Shown here piece after piece: positions 38,121-44,217 of a DNA stretch of 44,217 nucleotides. Position 1 is the stretch's first letter, and each line of letters starts with the position of its first letter. A model generated the notes under the pieces. The model saw nothing but the letters and a program-made list of their open reading frames with translations, ran no database searches and was not told the DNA's origin. The position numbers and the translations under genes were made by a program. This DNA comes from Microbacteriaceae bacterium BACL25 MAG-120322-bin65 (GTDB taxonomy: Bacteria; Actinomycetota; Actinomycetes; Actinomycetales; Microbacteriaceae), in assembly GCA_001438965.1 (NCBI GenBank), contig LIAY01000001.1, positions 1 through 44,217 of the forward strand, written 5' to 3'.

Positions 38121-38345
38121 TTACTCTTCGCGCGCTTTTCTGGCAGCGTCCAAGCGCTCCTTGGCTCCTTCGAGCCATTGTTCACACCGTTTCGCTAAGG
38201 CCTCGCCACGCTCCCAGAGCGTGATGGATTCCTCTAAAGAGATTCCGCCTGTTTCAAGTCGAGAGACAATGTCGACTAGTTGGTCGCGCGCTTGCTCATA
38301 GTTCAATTCGCCAACATCGGCCAAAGGATCTTTCTGCGTGCTCAC
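38121..38345 (-). CDS. xseB: Exodeoxyribonuclease VII small subunit
   Basis: LNYEQARDQL..IVSRLETG..SLEESITLWERGE. GTG 38345 follows TAGACT by 7 nt. Confidence 0.93.
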   Translation of the reverse strand: MSTQKDPLADVGELNYEQARDQLVDIVSRLETGGISLEESITLWERGEALAKRCEQWLEGAKERLDAARKAREE

Positions 38346-38373
38346 GTGCTCAAGTCTAGTAATGCCCAGGGAA

Positions 38374-39582
38374 CTAGTCGACGTGAGTGTCGATAGTGCC
38401 ATCACCGACGACCAGTGTGAGAGCATCACCACGGGACACTGATTTCACGCTGCGCAGCAGCTCACCACTGGCAAGGCGGGCAATGGCGTAACCGCGGTCG
38501 AGAGTTTTCTGCGGTGAAAGCCCTCGCAAAGCGCCGCCTAGCTGATTGATGTCAGCTACGGCTCGCTCCGTTAAGCGCTGAGACAAATCAACCCCGCGGG
38601 CAACGAACTGCAAAATCTCTTCGGACCGGATATCAATCAGGGTGTCAGGTTCGGCGATGCTGGGCCTAGATCGCACACTGGCTAAACGTTCTGCCTCATA
38701 ATCGAGGATGCCGAGCAGGCGGTTATCCAGGCGAGTGCGGGCCTGAGCAATTATTCCGCGTTCATTTTCCACATCGGGCACGACCCGTTTGGCAGCATCG
38801 GTGGGCGTTGAGGCGCGAAGATCTGCCACCTCATCCAGAAGTGGTCGGTCTGCTTCGTGACCGATAGCGCTCACCAGAGGTGTGGTGAGCGCTGCAGCGG
38901 CACGCACCAGGGTTTCATCGCTAAAGGGCAACAGGTTGAGAAAATCTCCACCACCGCGCGCCACGATAATCACGTCAACGCTTGGGTCGCTATCGAGAAT
39001 CTCTAAGGCTTTGATAACTTCTGGCACGCAGCGTTCACCCTGAACTGCGGCGTATTCGATACGAAAGGAAACATCAGGCCAGCGAAGCGTGGCATTGGTG
39101 ATGACATCTTTTTCCGCATCAGAATCTTTACCGGTGATGAGGCCAATTTTTCCCGGAAGAAACGGCAGCGCTTTCTTAGATTCGGGGGCAAACAGGCCCT
39201 CAGCGGCGAGGGTGGCGCGAAGTTTCTCCAGTTTTTCTAAGATCTCACCCAAACCGGTGTGGCGCATCTGCAAAACGTTCATGCTCAGAGTGCCGCCCTT
39301 AACCCACCAGCTGGGCTTAACCTGCGCAACGACACGATCTCCCCGGGATATGCCCTCCGGGATGTTGGCTTGGGACCGACGCCAGATTGTGATCGCCACT
39401 GATGCGTCAGAATCTAGGTCGGTGAGCTTGCCATAAATGTTTCCCGCCGATTGCCCCCACTGCGTAACCTCGGCTTCAACCCACACCGCACCAAGCCGGT
39501 CAATGTATCCACCCAATAATTCCGAGAGCTGGTGAAGTGGCCACGGGGCTTCGGGGGAGGAATCGTTGGTGGAGGAAGTCAT
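38374..39582 (-). CDS. xseA: Exodeoxyribonuclease VII large subunit
   Basis: VWVEAE, LAAEGLF, IGLITG, ARGGG, SAIGHEAD, ADLRASTPTDAA, LSPQKTLDRGYA. Confidence 0.95.
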   Translation of the reverse strand: MTSSTNDSSPEAPWPLHQLSELLGGYIDRLGAVWVEAEVTQWGQSAGNIYGKLTDLDSDASVAITIWRRSQANIPEGISRGDRVVAQVKPSWWVKGGTLSMNVLQMRHTGLGEILEKLEKLRATLAAEGLFAPESKKALPFLPGKIGLITGKDSDAEKDVITNATLRWPDVSFRIEYAAVQGERCVPEVIKALEILDSDPSVDVIIVARGGGDFLNLLPFSDETLVRAAAALTTPLVSAIGHEADRPLLDEVADLRASTPTDAAKRVVPDVENERGIIAQARTRLDNRLLGILDYEAERLASVRSRPSIAEPDTLIDIRSEEILQFVARGVDLSQRLTERAVADINQLGGALRGLSPQKTLDRGYAIARLASGELLRSVKSVSRGDALTLVVGDGTIDTHVD

Positions 39583-39641
39583 GATGACTCAGGCTAGAAC
39601 ACTCAGGCTGTATCCGGAAAGCGCACCATACACTGGGACCC

Positions 39642-40715
39642 GTGAGTATAAGCAATGGCAGCGGCGGCACACTCTTAGAGACCCCGCTCATCCCTACCCG
39701 GGCAAAGAAATTGCACCCTGAATCTGTGGAAGGGGAGCGCAAGATTCTTTTGGCGGCCCCTCGCGGATATTGCGCTGGGGTGGATCGCGCCGTTATCGCC
39801 GTGGAGAAAGCGCTCGAGCGCTATGGCGCACCTGTCTACGTTCGCAAGCAAATCGTTCACAACATTCACGTAGTGCGCCAGCTCGAAGCCAGTGGCGTCA
39901 TCTTTGTTGACGAGCTAACCGAGGTCCCGACCGGATCCAACATTGTCTTCTCCGCTCACGGTGTCTCGCCGATGGTTGTTGCTGAGGCAGCTGAGCGCGG
40001 ACTCAATGCCATTGATGCAACCTGCCCGCTGGTGACCAAAGTGCACCGGGAAGCGATTCGTTTCTCCGGTCAGGATTACCACATCCTCCTGATTGGCCAC
40101 GAAGGCCATGAAGAGGTTGAGGGCACGATGGGTCACGCGCCAGATAACACGACCTTGGTTAACGACCCAGAAGAAGCATCCAGGGTCAATCCGCCCGAAA
40201 CAGAAAACCTCATTTGGCTTTCTCAAACCACGCTGAGCGTGGATGAAACCATGGAAACAGTGCGCCGCCTGCGTGAGCGGTTCCCCCACTTGAAAGACCC
40301 ACCCAGTGACGATATTTGTTACGCCACCCAAAACCGTCAGGTTGCCATCAAGAAGATTGCGCGTGAGTGCGACTTGGTCATTGTGGTGGGCTCGCCCAAC
40401 TCTTCCAACAGCGTTCGTTTAGTCGAGGTCGCACTCGAATACGGAGCGAAAGCCTCCTATCGAGTGGACTATGCCAGCGAGATTGAGCAAGCCTGGCTTG
40501 TGGGCGTGAAAACTATTGGGATTACCTCAGGCGCTTCCGTGCCCGAGGTGCTGATTGATCACACCCTGGCTGATCTTGCTGACGCTGGGTTTGTCACGGT
40601 GGAAGAAATTCGCACAGCCGAAGAGGACTTGCAGTTCTCTCTGCCTAAAGAGCTTCGTAAAGATGCCAATGGCGAGATTGACCGTTCCACGCTCGGTGGA
40701 CGTAACAGCTCTTAG
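39642..40715 (+). CDS. ispH: 4-hydroxy-3-methylbut-2-enyl diphosphate reductase
   Basis: [49 protein letters not shown]. Confidence 0.97.
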   Translation: MSISNGSGGTLLETPLIPTRAKKLHPESVEGERKILLAAPRGYCAGVDRAVIAVEKALERYGAPVYVRKQIVHNIHVVRQLEASGVIFVDELTEVPTGSNIVFSAHGVSPMVVAEAAERGLNAIDATCPLVTKVHREAIRFSGQDYHILLIGHEGHEEVEGTMGHAPDNTTLVNDPEEASRVNPPETENLIWLSQTTLSVDETMETVRRLRERFPHLKDPPSDDICYATQNRQVAIKKIARECDLVIVVGSPNSSNSVRLVEVALEYGAKASYRVDYASEIEQAWLVGVKTIGITSGASVPEVLIDHTLADLADAGFVTVEEIRTAEEDLQFSLPKELRKDANGEIDRSTLGGRNSS

Positions 40716-40740
40716 CCTTTGGGCGCAGGTAGTTCTCGCT

Positions 40741-41763
40741 CTAGATTTTCTTTCCCGCTGAACCCAGCTGCTGAGTGGCCTCGATCACTCGCTGGGCCAT
40801 GGAGTTTTCTGCAACTTTGCCCCAAGCTCTGGGGTCATAAGTTTTCTTGTTGCCCACTTCGCCATCAATGCGGAGGACACCGTCGTAGTTACTCAACATG
40901 TGTCCGGCAACCCCCCTGGTGTAGGCGTATTGGGTGTCAGTATCGATGTTCATCTTGATCACACCGTTGCTCACAGCTTCTGAAATCTCAGCATCGGAAC
41001 TTCCCGAGCCACCGTGGAAAACCAAATCCAGAGGTTTTTCGGCGGTTGAATACTTGGCCTTTAGACCTTGTTGAATTTCTGCAAGAAGTTCGGGACGCAA
41101 CTTTACGTTCCCTGGCTTATAGAAGCCATGCACGTTGCCGAAGGTGAGAGCTGCCATATAGCGGCCCTGCTCACCCCAGCCCAAAGCCTCCACAGTGGCA
41201 ATGGCATCATCCAGGGTTGTATACAAGCTGTCGTTGATGTCGTGGCTGACACCATCTTCTTCGCCACCGACCACACCGATCTCCACTTCAAGGATGGAGT
41301 GGATTGCCTTCATTCGTGGCAGTAGCTCCTGGGCGATCTGGAGGTTCTCTTTGAGTGGCACTGCTGACCCATCCCACATGTGGGATTGAAAAATCGGGTT
41401 ACGACCGGCCTTGACAGCTTCTTCGCTGGCCGCGATCAGCGGTAACACAAAACTATCGAGTGCGTCTTTGGGGCAGTGATCGGTGTGGAGGGCAACTTTT
41501 ACCGGGTAATTCTTGGCAACCTCGGTGACGAAAGCTGCGAAAGCGAGGGCACCGGATGCTCGGGCTTTAACGCTTTGGCCAGCAAAGAAGTCAGCACCAC
41601 CGGTGCTCACTTGAATGATCCCATCGGAGCCTGCTTCACTAAGCCCCTGCAAAACCGCGTTGATGGTCGACGAGGATGACACATTGATGGCAGGAAAGGC
41701 GAAACCCTTTTCTTTAGCCTCATCCAGCATCTGGGCGTACTCATCAGGCGTTGCAACAGGCAT
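40741..41763 (-). CDS. fbaA: Class II fructose-bisphosphate aldolase
   Basis: FPAINV, LHTDHC, SHMWDGS, EIGVVGGEEDG, FGNVHG, VFHGGSGS, KMNIDTD, YDPRAW. Confidence 0.96.
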   Translation of the reverse strand: MPVATPDEYAQMLDEAKEKGFAFPAINVSSSSTINAVLQGLSEAGSDGIIQVSTGGADFFAGQSVKARASGALAFAAFVTEVAKNYPVKVALHTDHCPKDALDSFVLPLIAASEEAVKAGRNPIFQSHMWDGSAVPLKENLQIAQELLPRMKAIHSILEVEIGVVGGEEDGVSHDINDSLYTTLDDAIATVEALGWGEQGRYMAALTFGNVHGFYKPGNVKLRPELLAEIQQGLKAKYSTAEKPLDLVFHGGSGSSDAEISEAVSNGVIKMNIDTDTQYAYTRGVAGHMLSNYDGVLRIDGEVGNKKTYDPRAWGKVAENSMAQRVIEATQQLGSAGKKI

Positions 41764-41875
41764 TTTCATCTCCAGGTCTGAGGGCGGTGGAATTTTAAGA
41801 ATATCCCCGAAAGCCTCCAGCCGGCCACGCCACTAGTCTTAAGCCACGAACGCTCCATCGCACAAAGGGTAGGCA

Positions 41876-42868
41876 ATGTCTGAGCTGGAACCAGGGGAAC
41901 TCTTCGAACATCCTGATCGCAACCTTGCTATGGAGCTGGTGAGGGCCACGGAGGCCGCCGCTATTCGCGCCACACCCTTTATTGGTCGCGGTGACAAGAA
42001 TGCTGCTGATGGTGCGGCAGTGGATGCGATGCGGAAGTTTCTCGCCACCGTCAACTTTTCTGGCCTGGTCGTCATCGGTGAAGGTGAAAAAGATGATGCC
42101 CCCATGCTTTTCAATGGCGAGCTTGTGGGCACAGGCAATGGACCCCAATGCGATATTGCGGTGGATCCCATTGATGGGACTTCGCTGACTGCTGCCGGGC
42201 GCTCGCACGCGATTTCGATGATTGCGGTAGCTGATCGAGGCAGCATGCTCGATGCGTCCAGTGTTTTTTATATGAGCAAAATTGTGACCTCCCATGAGGG
42301 CATCGGTGTGGTTGATATTCATCGCCCAATTGGCGAAAATATTCGCGCCCTCGCCAAGGCCAAAGGTAAATCGGTGGAGGAAATGCGGATCGCGGTGTTG
42401 GATCGCCCCCGCCACGAGCAACTCATTGCCGATATTCGCGAAGCGGGTGCTGGGACGCGCTTGATCCTCGATGGTGATGTCGCAGGTGGCATTAATGCCG
42501 CCCGCCATGACACCCGCATCGATATGTGTGTCGGTATTGGTGGAAGCCCCGAAGGTGTTGCCACGGCGTGTGCGATCAAGGCCCTGGGTGGTTTCATGCA
42601 GGGTGTTTTGCACCCGATGAGCGATGAGGAAAGACAGAGAGGCCTAGACGCCGGCCTCGATTTTGACACCGTCTATGGACTAGATGGCCTCGTGGCCAGC
42701 GACAACACGTTCTTTGTCGCCACCGGTGTCACCGATGGCGAACTGGTGCGTGGGGTGCGAAGGGCAGGGCCGATTATTTCGACAGAGAGCGTCGTGTTGC
42801 GATCTCGTTCGGGGACGCTGCGTCGCGTCTCAGCGGATCATCAAGCCAGCAAATGGCTTGAGCACTAG
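41876..42868 (+). CDS. glpX: Class II fructose-1,6-bisphosphatase
   Basis: DRNLAMELVRATEAAA, VIGEGEKDDAPML, VDPIDGT, LDRPRH, DGDV, ATGVTDG. Confidence 0.96.
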   Translation: MSELEPGELFEHPDRNLAMELVRATEAAAIRATPFIGRGDKNAADGAAVDAMRKFLATVNFSGLVVIGEGEKDDAPMLFNGELVGTGNGPQCDIAVDPIDGTSLTAAGRSHAISMIAVADRGSMLDASSVFYMSKIVTSHEGIGVVDIHRPIGENIRALAKAKGKSVEEMRIAVLDRPRHEQLIADIREAGAGTRLILDGDVAGGINAARHDTRIDMCVGIGGSPEGVATACAIKALGGFMQGVLHPMSDEERQRGLDAGLDFDTVYGLDGLVASDNTFFVATGVTDGELVRGVRRAGPIISTESVVLRSRSGTLRRVSADHQASKWLEH

Positions 42869-44025
42869 TCCTCTTTTTCCTCGTTCAACTCGGGAGCTTG
42901 CAACTCACGGGGAACCATGTCGATCACTTCGAAGTGCTCGGGTAGCTCTGATTCTGAGCCCAGCCCGCTGAGTTTTCTAGCGCTGGGGAAAACGCGGGAT
43001 TCGAGCGAGCCCACGAAGGAGTTATAGCCCTTGACGGTGCTGGTGATAGATCGACCGAGTGTGTCTAGGTGCTTCGACATGGCACCGAGGCGTTGTAAAA
43101 GCTCGCGACCCACATCAAAGAGTTTGGCGGCGTCTTCGGTTAACACATCTTGCTGCCATGAGAACGCCACCGTTTTGAGCACTGACCAGAGCGTGACCGG
43201 TGAGGCCAGTGCCACCTTCTTACTAAAGGCGTAATCCATCAAGGAGGGGTCTGCTTCGATGGCACTAGAAATAAGTGCTTCACTGGGAATGAAACAGATC
43301 ACCAGCTCTGGGGAGGCTGCTAACCCATCCCAGTAAGACTTCTTTCCCAGCGCATCGATGTGTGCTCGCACGGCACTGACGTGCTTTTTCAACAGCGTCT
43401 CTCGCCGCGCTGCTTCCTCGCCGGTGGCGGTGAAAGGAATTTGGCTGGCCTCTAGATAAGCGTTAAACGGAACTTTGGCGTCGACAGCAATGTTTTTGCC
43501 ACCGGGTAGATGAACCACCATGTCGGGTTTTCCTACCCCGGCATCAGAAGATATCTGCGATTGAACATCGAAGTCCACACGTTCGATCAACCCGGCGGCT
43601 TCGACTACCCGGCGCAGTTGGACTTCACCCCAAACCCCACGAACGTTGTTGGAGCGCAGGGCGCTGGCAAGCTGTTCGGTTGTGCCGCGCAGGAGTTCAT
43701 CGCTATCAACTGCGGCACGCAACTGTTGGCTTATTTGGCCGTGTTGTTCATGGCGCTGTTTTTCTAATTCTTGGACGGTGCGCTGCATGTCGCTCAGGCG
43801 CTGCGAAACCGGTGCGAGGGCTTGTAAAACCTTGTTTTCGGTCTCATGGGAACCGCGAAGATCGTTGTATTGCTGCTGAACCAAATCCAGCTGCGCTCGC
43901 AAGGACAGCGCGTTCTCGCCGCCGGCGGCTATTTGGTTTCGGCTTTTGAGTAGATAGCCGATGGTGAAACCCAGCGCGAGAGCCAATACGACAGCAATAA
44001 GAAGCGTTATCAGTGCTTGATCCAT
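42865..44025 (-). CDS. rmuC: DNA recombination protein RmuC
   Basis: N-terminal TM, coiled coil, RGVWGEVQL, KPDMVVHLP, VDAKVP, FIPSE, SPVTL. Confidence 0.93.
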   Translation of the reverse strand: MDQALITLLIAVVLALALGFTIGYLLKSRNQIAAGGENALSLRAQLDLVQQQYNDLRGSHETENKVLQALAPVSQRLSDMQRTVQELEKQRHEQHGQISQQLRAAVDSDELLRGTTEQLASALRSNNVRGVWGEVQLRRVVEAAGLIERVDFDVQSQISSDAGVGKPDMVVHLPGGKNIAVDAKVPFNAYLEASQIPFTATGEEAARRETLLKKHVSAVRAHIDALGKKSYWDGLAASPELVICFIPSEALISSAIEADPSLMDYAFSKKVALASPVTLWSVLKTVAFSWQQDVLTEDAAKLFDVGRELLQRLGAMSKHLDTLGRSITSTVKGYNSFVGSLESRVFPSARKLSGLGSESELPEHFEVIDMVPRELQAPELNEEKED

Positions 44026-44103
44026 GCCCACAGTCTGCCATTCACCCCCGACGCCAGCCCCTAGGCCACACAAGGTCGTTGGCCTGCAGTAGGCTTCCTA
44101 GCC

Positions 44104-44217
44104 GTGGCTCTCACTATTGGAATCGTCGGTCTGCCCAATGTGGGCAAGTCCACCCTCTTTAACGCCCTCACCAAGAACTCCGTGTTGGCGGCGAACTATC
44201 CTTTTGCCACCATTGAG
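44104..44217 (+). CDS. ychF: Redox-regulated ATPase YchF, 5' part (runs off the window)
   Basis: GTG 44104 gives [38 protein letters not shown]. Confidence 0.93.
   Translation, partial: MALTIGIVGLPNVGKSTLFNALTKNSVLAANYPFATIE

Noticed and set aside
41795-42613. 272-aa minus-strand ORF
   Set aside because: Antisense shadow of glpX.

Overview
A compact, almost entirely coding core-genome segment of an actinobacterium. Gene order and content look like Microbacteriaceae, possibly a streamlined lineage (inference). It runs from the 3' end of a class I ribonucleotide reductase operon through rsmI-metG-tatD-rsmA-ispE, tRNA-Gln-glmU-prs, rplY-pth-mfd-mazG-hisS-eno, ndh-tRNA-Leu-lemA-htpX, ilvA/greA, an isoprenyl transferase and phoH2, fumC-xseBA, ispH, fbaA/glpX and rmuC to the start of ychF. 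I found no mobile element, prophage or CRISPR array. The standout is the RNR locus. NrdA ends at 521 without its C-terminal redox cysteine pair. An unannotated 28-codon ORF (527-613, MNSLATDTVDGYAVPTDPMELLQCDSCQ) with its own Shine-Dalgarno site encodes what looks like that missing CxxC tail as a separate peptide. The adjacent NrdB carries the class Ic (Mn/Fe, no tyrosyl radical) signature. Smaller observations include many apparently leaderless genes, a possible non-AUG start for pth, structured leaders before rplY and greA, and a 13-bp tandem repeat.
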